From assembly GCA_002633005.1 (NCBI GenBank), contig NMRA01000075.1, positions 189,615-253,614 on the forward strand: a DNA stretch of 64,000 nucleotides. Direction: 5' to 3'. The number at the start of each line of letters is the position of its first letter. Within the stretch, counting starts at the first letter, position 1. Of this stretch, positions 53,186-64,000 are shown one piece after another. The DNA comes from Phoronis australis. Its lineage: Eukaryota; Animalia; Phoronida. The notes under the pieces are model-generated. The model did no database searches, was not told where the DNA came from, and was given only the letters and a program-made list of their open reading frames with translations. The position numbers were made by a program, and so were the translations under genes.

Positions 53186-56100
53186 CTAAGGATGAAAGAT
53201 ACGCTCCAGGTTGGCACGCTTGTACTCCTTGAACGGTCTGTGGGCGAAGATTTCTTCAAGCGGCACCGGCATCCACCTCTTTTTATGGTAGACTGGTGTA
53301 TCATAGTAATGACCCACCTGAAATGAAGCGCTGCACAATACTTAATGGTGAAACCACATTGGTCAAGAGGAAAAAGACATAGCACGGTGTCTGGACTTAC
53401 AGTAGATCGGGTAATGATTTACACCAGAGGGATTGAAAAAATGTTCAAAGCGTGTCAAAATACGTTTGTGTGGGTGAATAGAAAGGGCAAATAGTCAAGC
53501 TCAGTCTTGTTTCATAGCAGGAATAGTTTCATATTTATCTCGTCAGTCTACAGAACACCACAACAGCTGAGATACAGCTTCCTACTCAACCTTCACCTAG
53601 TACGTTTGTTGTGCGATAAAATTATTTTTCAGAAATGGTTGAGTGGAGTACATTAAGACACAATTTCAGACTTAAGTCTTTTAAGTAACTCCTCACGAAA
53701 CAGACTCCTGGGAAATATCAACAGTTTCACTTCTGCCACCTAGTGAGTTTCGAGTTACTGTGACTAGAGCAAATTCAGAGAACTCCTGCCTCTTCCAGTT
53801 GCAAAATATTCTTGATTATCTCGGCTTCTCAACCCCACCTGGTGGTAAGTAGAATAACCAGCTTTTATCTCAAGCTACCACATTCGGATACATAACATAT
53901 GCACGCGCTCTTATTGCCTTTTCTCTCAGTCCCTGACTATTCCCTACATTATCCCATCAACATCTTCTGTAGCCCACCACACCCACCTTCCAATTTGGTA
54001 CATCTTTCATCAGCTCGCGTTCTTCGTCACGATTTGTCCTGAGCACCTTGAGTAACCTGTTAACACCCACAACTTACACTACATCTAAACGTTCATGGCA
54101 ATAATTAAAATCAACACAACACAGCAACGCAAGTGAAAGAGTTTAGGGGAAAACCACGAAGACTCAAAATCATTCCATTTCTAGCAGTACTCACTGTCTC
54201 TGGTTGCAATAAATGACCGAAAACGAGGGTGGAAATTAAAACGAAAGAGCATTTAGTAAGTTAAAAGCTTCAAGGTGGCGAACTGGATAACTAAAATCTC
54301 AAGAGACCATCCAAGGCCACAAACATACAACTGAAGTTAAAACTTACGCCCTGCCCCTTTCGGCATATAAAAACGGTTCCATTATAATCTTGAATTCTCT
54401 CTCTTCCATGTAATCTCGCCTGAAAGTACACACAAACAACCGCTGTTAAGCTAACAATGCAAATTGTACTTTTCTTTCTCAAAATCAGTTACTGAACTTG
54501 TTGATAGCTTGCCATGGTTGTTTCTGATTGAAAACAGTGCTAGTGTGCACTTAAAGGAGTGAAACGCAGTCGGCACAATGCTTCAAAATCGCAAGAAGTT
54601 GAAGTTTAATACTGGTACTTTGGCACGAGTTGAGCTTATTCAAAACTCCCCTATAAAGAGGTGCTCTTCAATGTGCAACAAAGTCACACTCCCAGCTCCA
54701 ACCTCAAAATTAACTCCTTTGTTGCCAACAGCAACAGTCCCTTACAGAACAAAACATAAGAAGTACACAACTTACTTTAGTTTAGAATAATTCCATTCGT
54801 GATAGATCCAAGCTGATATTGTTACACCGGCAAATGCTGCGAATTGCCATTTACCTGAAATCAGGAAAGGACCATCAATCAAAACTTTAATTACCACACG
54901 ACTCTCGCTCACCTTAGGGGAACTTGTTCTGTGCATAACCACCGTTTACACTACAAAGATTGACATGGAGAGACACAGTGGCAGGGTTCCCCTCAACCTG
55001 TTTTGACTCATCACTGCATTGAATTTGAATTTTGTCATGGTGAGTTTTGCTTACTTGAGCCGTCTTTTGAAAACTGAATTTGAAGTATTGGGAGATTAAT
55101 AATTTCTTAAGAATTTTGATACCAGTTCAATACATTTATTCCATGATATCATATCGCCTGGTGTGAAAAGTGTAAAAATGGCCAGTTGTTGATTTGGGCA
55201 ACTAAACGAAGGACTGCTTAACAAAACAATTTTATGGTGTTTTTTGAGCTGAGATGAGTTAAAGAAACCAAAGGCTTCCTAAGGTGTCTCTTTACGGCAA
55301 AAGGGACTTTTAGCAACATGACTTTCATGGTTTTGTAGAAATAGCTGAGATTACTTGACACGAGAATCAAATCAGTGACCCTGATAAAATCGGCAAGCAT
55401 GCTAACCATTCAGCCAATAGGCAATTGCCCGGTAGTGAGTTAGCAGAAGCTCATACGATTCACCAGAAGCACGTCTACAACATTCCCCTTTCCTATGGAA
55501 CTAGCGCGCCACCAGGAAGGTGAACACCAGGTTTTCTTACATACAGGACATCAACTTCCCTTGACACCTTTACGATCACAACACAGATAAACACAAGATT
55601 GTTTGTCACACAGGTCCTCAGCTCCTGGCATTTTTACCATCATCATATCATGCCGCCGTCCAGAGTACACGTGTACTAGTTGACAGTGCTTCCTCGGTAT
55701 ACCATCCATTTGCCAACTACGACAATTATAGCAATAGCATAAGCCTGTGCTAGCCAGTCGCTTACGGGCAATTCCTATATATAGCTTAACGGTCACTAGT
55801 AGCGTGCTTTTTATTTTACTGGGGACGCTGGTTTGACTTACCGGTTGGGTAATCTCAGCAATTACTACGACATCCTTGTGTTCACCTTCCTGGTGGTGCA
55901 TCTGGAAAGGGGGGACATGCTTCTGGTGAATCATATGAGCATCTGTCAGTGTTAGCATTGCCTATCAACATGGCTGAATTGTTAGCGCGCTTGCCGACTT
56001 TATTGGGGTCTCAGGTGGTCAGGTAATCTTGGGTATTGGATAGGCAAAGGCTAGTTTGAGACAGGGAAGGGCGTGACGCTGGCTGGCGTGACACTTGCAA

Positions 56101-58710
56101 AATAGCATGGGAAGCCATCAGGAGAAATTTGTAAGATTTGTGTCCCTTGGACTTTTTATTCATCAACATGTGTGATTTCACTTAACTTCCTCAAACCGGC
56201 ACCTGGTAAGAGAAACTTGAGCAAACCATGAGATTTTTATCCGCGATTTGTAAAAAATTATCTTGACTGAATCGTCCTCAGAATTATCGCATGTGTTAAT
56301 CATAACTCCAAGTGCTTATAATATGCATGTTTCATTTGATTATATTTCCAGGATTTTAAAATTTGTAACTTTTTGTGGGGAGGTACTATCACCCCTGTAA
56401 ATAACGTATGCTTTGGCACTCAGAGCGATGTAATTGCGATCACTGTTCAAGAAGGTATCGTCAGAGGTCCTAAAGTCGTGAGTGCCATAAAGTCATGAAC
56501 AATCTTATTTCCTCTTCTGCGCGGTCCCGCAACATCTAGCGTTGAAGTTTCCAGCGTTCGTCTGCTTTACAACGTCAAACGAATACCCAGACCTGTTGAT
56601 ACTCACAATATGATAAAAAACAGTGAGTGAGTGGCTTCTTTTTACAAATGTATCTTAAAAACAGCATATTTCACTTATCCACTTTTTTGTGCCTTTTCAG
56701 AATATATTTTTGAACACATGCATCATTCAGATTTGCTCAAACACGCGGTCCAGGGGTAGCTTGAACAATGTATCAAAATGACCCAGGGTCGATCAAGTTT
56801 TGTAAGGCCAAAGCAATAAAATACAGAGAGATAATTGATGCTGAGTTCTTAGTGTTTTACGTAAACATCCTCATTGAAAACTTCTGTGCACATCGGAGTT
56901 GGGTGCAAAAGACACAACAATTTATTTCAATTGAAACTGAATTAATAAACAATGCAATGCGTTTTTATTTTCTCTAGAGCCTTCCCAAATTACTTGTTTT
57001 GCCAATCTTAACCCTTGTTTGTCTCCGTAAGCAGAGTTTTGAAACGGTTGCTGATATCGCCGGCCATTTTGAATGAGGCCCTAAAGTCGTGACCATTTTG
57101 TTTAGACGGAAACACATGAAGTAAGACCACACACATCAACTAATGCTTACAGTTACTCTAAACAACATAAAAACGCATCGCATTGTTTATTAATTCAATT
57201 GCAATAAATTGTTATGTGTTTTGCACCCAACTTTGATGCGCACAGACGTTTTCAATGAGGTTGTTCACGTAAAACGCTAAGAATCCAGCATCAATTATCG
57301 CTATGTATGTTATTGCTTTGGCCTTACAAAACTTGATGGACCCTGAGACATTTTGATACATTGTTCAAGCTACCCCTGGAGCGCGTGTTTCAGTAAATCT
57401 GAACGATAAATATTTTCGAAAATATATTCCAAAGATGCACAAAAAAGTGAATTAGTGAAATATGCTGTTTTTACGATACATTTGAAAAAAGAAGCCACTA
57501 GTATCGTCCGGTTACCTATTTTCGTCAGGCTCCAAAGTTCGTCCGCCATCTTGTTTCGCGTGCAGCGCAACCACGCGGGACTTAGCGTTCCAATTTGGAG
57601 TTCTCGTCTGCACGTTAGGTACTAACTTATCGGAAGAGACACGTATCAAAGTAATGAGACAAAAATCGGTGAGTTTACCGATTGTTTTTTAAAACCACTT
57701 AAAAATCAGTAGATTTTACTAATACACTTTTTTGTGCGTTTTCAGAAGATGTTTTCGAATTTAAATTTTCTTCCGACGGGACACAAAACATGATCCAGGG
57801 TTTGTTTATGCAATGTATCTGTTTGTCCCAGGCACTAGTAGGATCTAGAAGGCCAAAGGAAAAATCCGCAGACAAATGCGATACGCTGGGTTCTTAACAT
57901 TTTTGCCTCACGTTCACCATTAAACTGCATTGAAATGTTGTCCAATTGGCTTTTATTGGAAACCACAGTGCAGAGCTCAACATCAAAGCTTCAAATCGAG
58001 TTTATGTCAATAAAAACAGGCTGTTGCAATTTTCATTACTTCGTTGGCCTTTTTCTGCATGTTTCTCAGTTTTTACAAAAGGGGGCAGCATATGACGAAC
58101 TTAGGTGTCACAATAAAATGGCTGCCGAAGGCAGTGCACATTTGAAATAACTCGGCACAAATTAAAGAAAACTTCCGAATCGATGAATGCGGTATATCTG
58201 TGAGAGTTAAATCGAATCCTATTCAGATCATAACTTTGAAGTGGAATAATTCGGTGAGTACAACAGCAAGTCGGTTTTATGCTTAGGCGGACGAACATTG
58301 GGTTCCCCAGTATACTCACTCACTGAATTGTAATCATATTGTGAATACGAACACGTCCGGGTATTCGTTTGACATTCGTAAGCAGACGAATGCTGGAAAC
58401 TTCAACGCCAGATGTCAAAGGACCGCGCAGAAGAGGAAATAAGATCGTTCACGACTTTAGGGCACTCACGACTTTAGGACTGACGTATGGGATGGCCACA
58501 ATCACGCAATGGACGTCTTTACGATCGCATCCAATGAACAGATCGAGTAAAGAAGGACTTAGAGTTTGACAATGTCACCACGAAAAATAGTATTATTGAC
58601 ACATTTGAGGGCGTACCTCTTCCTCTCATTTTCTGTTTCACTACTTGCTGCCATGCTATGTTTCCGTAGCCCTGTTGAGGAGGCATATCTTGTTGATACG
58701 CCGGCGCCAT
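53186..58710 (-). CDS. NDUFA13: NADH dehydrogenase 1 alpha subcomplex subunit 13 (GRIM-19), 148 aa
   Basis: Five exons on - strand: 58710-58617, 54854-54776, 54419-54348, 54056-53987, 53317-53186 (94/79/72/70/132 nt, in phase). Translation MAPAYQQDMPPQQGYGNI...TM helix...EPFLYAERGR..LRTNRDEERELMKDVPNWKVG..VYHKKRWMP matches the NDUFA13 motifs QDMPPxGGY and MKDVPxWKVG. Mostly missed by the ORF track. Confidence 0.95.
55376..56011. mobile_element. Harbinger-type MITE in NDUFA13 intron 1
   Basis: CAG on both flanks (55373-75, 56012-14); ~150-bp imperfect inverted arms (GACCCTGATAAAATCGGCAAGC..CACCAGGAAGGTGAACAC vs GTGTTCACCTTCCTGGTG..GCTTGCCGACTTTATTGGGGTC). Confidence 0.7.
56459..58485. mobile_element. 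Long-arm foldback MITE (TA-flanked) in NDUFA13 intron 1
   Basis: Left arm ~56459-56965 is inverted-complementary to 57168-57498 plus 58315-58485. Termini CGTCAG..GTCCTAAAGTCGTG / CACGACTTTAGGACTGACG with TA at or next to each end; repeated CCTAAAGTCGTGA motif. Confidence 0.8.
57499..58314. mobile_element. Unclassified 0.8-kb element, copy B
   Basis: Inverted copy of 43832-44644 with a few substitutions and a 3-bp indel; interrupts the right arm of the 56459-58485 foldback element. Confidence 0.9.
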
Positions 58711-58955
58711 TTTGGAAGCTCGCCCTCGTTCTGAACAGGGTAAGCGCTAAGTTCTCGCTAGAACGTCACTAGAAAATCAAACTCTCGCAAGATTTTGCGA
58801 GACTAAGCTGTGCATTCATTAGTGAGCACGTGATTCTAAGTAGATTTCCTGGACGCGAAACAACTATTGAACTCTACCCTCGTTTTATTTCGACCAGTAA
58901 CACTAGGTGGCGACTTAAACAGCTGCTTGCCGAGCATGAACTCGGGTTGTTTAGA
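58711..58955. promoter_or_regulatory. Bidirectional promoter NDUFA13/CIAO2A
   Basis: Only 245 bp between the divergent ATGs; CpG-richer; degenerate TCTCGCGAGA-like motifs at ~58751-58804. Confidence 0.7.
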
Positions 58956-61900
58956 ATGACTGAATTGGAAGATTTTGATAATAGACTTATTGGTTTAGAC
59001 TTGACTGATCTTGCTGGTGATGTGTACGGTAATACTGCATGATCATGGATTCCGTTTCTTGTTTACGTTCCAATATCATCTTAGTAGACCGTAATCTGTA
59101 TGCCGTGATTACGGTAAACATTCTCCGAGTTCGACGTACTCTAAAATTTAGAACAACGAAATACTTAATTCTGAAGATTTCGACATGGTTATTTTTTTCA
59201 AAGCATGCAGGGGAATATAATTATGTCATTTTAATGACACCAATTTGCGCCTTCAAAGTTGTTAAAAATATACAGATTTGAACCACTCTGGGTAAGAATG
59301 TGCAAAATAAGATCTGATAAAACTTGTGTCATCAAAAGTATATTATTTATTCAAGCTGTTATTCAACTGCAAAATTTGAGCAATCAGCGTCAAGTGCACA
59401 ATGAAATTAAGCTAACTATTGGCTAATTTTATATCAATGTTGCTTTATTCATTGCTTTTATGAAGTTAGAATTCAGAATTCTACACGTCACTTCAGTATC
59501 AATGTTTTGTTATGCAGATATAATCAAAGACATTAAAGATCCAGAACGGCCAGAGACCCTGGAACAGCTGGATGTCGTGTACGAAAGTGGGGTTAGTGTG
59601 AAGGCTTTCAACCGGGACACGTGCCTGATATNGTTTTCAAAGACTTTAAGTTACACAACTTGCAAAACAAGGCACAATTGTTATTATAAACATCCCACAA
59701 CTGGTAACAGACATGTGGTGAATCACTTCCCATGAACTCCTAGGAGGTTACAAATTTTGGTAAACAACCAATATGTTTAATTAATTATACACTAGTCACT
59801 AGAATTGCATAACTTTGCTTTTAATTAGACTAATTATCTACAGCATCAAAAATGTCACCAACATTGTCATTCACCAAGTGCTCCTAACACACCGACATGA
59901 AGCCTCCAATTTTGTACCCTTCAGAGGTCTTTTTCCCCCACCGCTTTTTGCCATTGTTGTTAAGTAATGAGCTGAAAGAAATTGGTTGTAAAGGTAACCA
60001 TAGTAATTTAGACCACTACCACTAAAGATTGTTATCAACTCATTCCTTATGGTTGAGATCTTGTCCGAATGTGGCAAAACTAATTTCTGCACCGACATGT
60101 CCGAATGTGACAAACAACAATTGATTAGTTCTAGAACATTAGTTTTTCTTGACCGAATTTGTAAGTGTCACCGAAGTCACTGAGATTTTATCGTACTCAA
60201 CAAATAGAAAGCGATTTCTGGGTTTATAAAGAACTGATGGTCATTTACTTTGTAAGACCATTCTCAGCACATAAAATGACTAGCTGTGACTAGATGATTT
60301 GTAGAGTTTGGTCTCAAGCCCTTAAATGATATCCGAGTTTATGACAGAAGATGGTCGAAATCAAAGGTTATTTTTTGTGGTGGATTGTAAGTCGGCGTCT
60401 ATGTTTTTAGCCGCCAAGTAAAAGTTCACAATCATGTAGTTGAAATTTTGGGTTCTGAATTTCTTTCATATCTGAATACAAATAAATCTAGCCCTTTAAT
60501 TGGAAGAGGTCATCAACTCACAAAATCCTACAACATTTATAATCAGTTTTGAAGTTTTGTCGCGTTATAATTTACTCTTTTGCTCCTAATGGGCTGCTCC
60601 AGTTCATCTTCATGATTTGAAAATGCTGGGACTCTCATACAGTCGCTGCTGCCATGGGGCCAAAATGGTCTAGAGTTCAGTATTGCTTGTACCTCGCTAG
60701 GTCCTCGCTAAAAAGGAAGATTTCGCGAGATGAGGCGAGATATTGCTATGTATTTTCAATGAAAGCATGTGATTTTTTCCTAGATTTTTCTTGCTAGAGA
60801 CAGCTATTAACTCAAATTTCTAGAATAAGTAATTATAATAGATCTTTGAGCTGAAGGAACTGCTGAATTCATCCCATCCTTGGTTCTATCATGTGTGTGT
60901 ATAGCAACGGTTATAGAGTCATTTAAAAAAAACAAATTGTATGGGTTCCATCCTCAAATGTTATCCAGAACCACGTCGGTTTCAAAGAATTTATTGTATG
61001 GGTCTTAAAGTATTTTTAGCACAACGGTGTTTTGTGTTATACATCCAGGTTCTTTGAACAGCAAACACAACTCGCATCACATCATACTGGAAAGTAACAA
61101 AATTCAAGATGCTTAAAACATTTAGAGCAAGGAATGCATTTCAGTGAACTTAATAACTTGTGACTACAGTTACTAATTTTCCACTTCTTACTTTTCACTC
61201 GGTATGATTGTGTAAATTATTTCTTTTTTCCAGGACTGTGCCTGCGGGTCAAGTTGGAAGAATATCTACCTCATAAGCACAAGGTACCACACTTTCAGTT
61301 GAAGTGGTTACAAAATTAATTCCGTTAATTCAGTTAATTTCCTCTTTTCACATATAAGTGAGCAGATGTCTTGAGGTGTTTAGACATCATTTCCATACCC
61401 TAGTAGATTTGCAATTAACTTCACCAGGGACTTGTTTCTCTCTAAGAGTTTTCTGTCAAAAACCAACTTTTTATTTAAAGCCTTTTACTGTTGTAAAATT
61501 TTCTCACGCTTACTAAGATTAAAAATAAGAATAAGTTACAATTTGTTATTAATTCATTGCAGTCTCATTAAGTTAGTCCATTTTCGTGGGTCCGTTTTAG
61601 CCGCTACAGCAGCTATGTCGGGAATTCCAGACATTTTGTTGCACGCAAATTCAATTCAAACATTGGAAAAAACAAATCGATACTGCTTTGGAGGGCCTAT
61701 GAATAAAGTCATTTTTACAACAGGATGTGGGTTAAAGTTGCTTTAAGACTTAAGTTGACCAATGGGGTCCATTTGGTGACAGCATTTTTGTGCTGTTCAC
61801 AGGTCAGGAGACTCTGTGGCTCAGTGGTTTTGAGCTTTGGATTCTCATTTGGGACAACTGAGCAATTGCCCAAAGATGTCTCCTAATCTTCAAAGCTTAA

Positions 61901-63651
61901 TTGCAAGCTTAGTCTTGCTAGCGAATATATGCAAGGGAATGAATGAGAATCTGGGTATAATGAGAAAGCGATTCATTACGGCGTTCTCTCGTTCAGTGAC
62001 TTTACCAGACATAGATGGTTATGAGCATGTGAAAACATTTAGCTCTTTTGTTTAGTGCCAAGCTCAGTCTTTTGTCTGATATGACAACAGGCAAGCCAAT
62101 TATCTACCAGGCTAATTACAGACCACATGTGAAGATAATCAAACCCAGAGTGAATTGTTACATTCGGAAAGAATAGGTTGTCGCAACTTCTGTAATTGTA
62201 GTTGGGTGATTTTGGCGATACAAAAACTAAACATGATCAGCATTTGACGAGGAATTCAGAAATGCTATTGGTTATGGTCAAATATTTTATAACTTAACTT
62301 TTATTTTTAACAGCTCAGCCCAGTCAGGGTAGATACGATCTTATTGGAGATTAGAGCAATTATCGAACAAAAAAGAGCTGGCCCTCCAACCATAAATGCC
62401 GGAATGGAGCTAATCAGTCGTGTAAGATATTGACTACAGGGGTCATCTTTCCAACTCATTGGGCTATAGAATTTAACAAGTTAGGATCAACGGGAAAACA
62501 CCGTAATGTTCTGGGGCAATGCTCATATTTTTTAAAGTCAGCTGACTTCTCAGACATTGGGGAGAGTTAATACTGATCCTGAATGTTTCCTCCTATTTGA
62601 GATGTTACTGTTTAATTGCTCTTGGTCATTATGTGTTTTTATTGCCTCCTCATTAATTCTGTGCATGATTTTTTTTTCAGCTGGATATTCACATAAGGAA
62701 GGGAACTCATTCAACCGAAGATGATAGTAAGCACAGTGTTAATGTTTCGTTTGTGTTCTTGAGGACACTTCCACAGTTGTTAATTTAGGTCTCCACTGCC
62801 TACTAAAAATTGAGAATGTTTATACTCGCAGCCATCTTGAACATGTCTATTGTGCATTGTGAGGCTATGAACAGGGGAAATTTCTATGTTTATCCGGTCA
62901 ATAGAGACCCAGATTTTCAGCTCTGTTTATTATTTATAAGTTTCAACACAATAGCTCAGTTAGGTAACTTGTTGTGACATGGACCACAGTAATCACCACA
63001 GGTCAAAATGAAGGCTTTCCTGTAAAATGAGAATTTCAGTATTGGTTAGAGAAAAATAGCGGTTATGGTGTGCTTTATTAGCAGCAAGTGTACTAAGTAA
63101 AAATTGTTGTATGCCACGATACTTGTTTAGAATTCAGCACACAATGTGTTCCTGTGTAGGAGTGCTTGAAATATTCACCGTTTCACCTTGTCTGCTCTGT
63201 TGCAACTCCATGTGTGTGCATTAAATTCCTGTAATTAAGTTAAGAATGTTTTGTTTTAGGTCAGCTTTGGGAATCAAAAAAGAAATGGCATTCAATGAAC
63301 GTAAAATCGATGTAGCCTAAGTTTGTATAATTATTATTGTGTTAAGTTGAAGGAAAATGCTTTGTGCATTGTTATTTTGTGGTAAAGGATATTTAGATTG
63401 TACTTGTATTTGAATTTTTGGCGATAGTCACTTTGATGCAGGAGTGTCGGACTGATGCCTGTAATTCAATGGAGAAAATAGATTCTCAAAATGCAAGACC
63501 TCTGTAAGTGATTATTACCGAATTTTCAATTTTCATTTTATACATTTTTTCAGTCAACAAGCAAATTAATGACAAGGAGCGCATAGCTGCTGCCATGGAG
63601 AACCCCAACTTAAGGAAACTTGTGCAAGACTGTATAAAGGAAATAGAATAG
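58956..63651 (+). CDS. CIAO2A: Cytosolic iron-sulfur assembly component 2A (FAM96A/MIP18 family); exon 2 truncated by assembly gap
   Basis: Exons 58956-59028, 59518-(59631, cut at N 59632), 61234-61283, 62681-62726, 63554-63651. Translation [25 protein letters not shown]...[56 protein letters not shown] and AAMENP favour CIAO2A over CIAO2B. Start ATG is the best candidate, not proven. Confidence 0.92.
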
Positions 63652-64000
63652 GAAGACAAGCTGGTGGAATTGATTGCTACAGATAATTGTGTCTCTTCAT
63701 GTTTCAAGATCGTTTTCGAGTCTTGAAAATTTTTGCGACATTTTCTGCACATGGAAATGTGACTGGTGCTCTGATTGTCTTATCATGTTAAGGTGCCATC
63801 TGTGTATCTGTGATCTAGTTTGTTTGCTCTTTATCTAGTCAAATTTGAGGCAGGGCATTAGGATACAATGTAATTATAATTCAGTGACTTTCACTGTTTG
63901 CATGTGCATCTGCTATCCAGCACTTGACATGTATTGGATTTAAGGAAATCCTGATCCTAGGATCTAATCTGTGAACTTATATTCTATTTGGACTTGAAAG

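Noticed and set aside
53155-53385. ORF-track peptide with LDQCGF resembling a LINE RT motif
   Set aside because: A different frame of the same strand is the true last exon of NDUFA13.
58566-58772. Plus-strand ORF with donor GTAAGC at 58740 as a CIAO2A upstream coding exon
   Set aside because: It is the antisense of NDUFA13 exon 1, and its phase does not match the downstream CIAO2A frame.

Overview
AT-rich genomic DNA from an invertebrate animal (probably a spiralian or other non-vertebrate bilaterian; inference) with five spliced protein-coding genes reconstructed by hand. They are a Wnt ligand (+, most likely WntA, first exon not found), USE1 (-) head-to-head with a TEX45/SAXO5-like ciliary gene (+), and NDUFA13/GRIM-19 (-) head-to-head with CIAO2A/FAM96A (+, exon 2 cut by an assembly N). 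The intergenic 22.7-36 kb stretch is a transposon graveyard. It holds a Penelope-like remnant with a degenerate hammerhead core, a full-length but inactivated piggyBac with a nested Harbinger MITE, a Tc2-like element, a gypsy-like LTR-PBS-gag remnant, decayed SET-domain and possible tyrosine-recombinase-like fragments, and tandem decayed copies of an unrecognised ORF. Most notable points: (1) one unclassified 0.8-kb element sits inside the right arm of two different foldback elements, each in intron 1 of the minus-strand gene of a bidirectional pair and each about 300 bp from the exon-1 donor; (2) the Wnt has lost both cysteines of one index-finger disulfide (Glu/Arg instead); (3) the 2.4-kb tandem duplication at 17.6-22.5 kb is probably an assembly artefact. 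All calls were made by eye without database searches.
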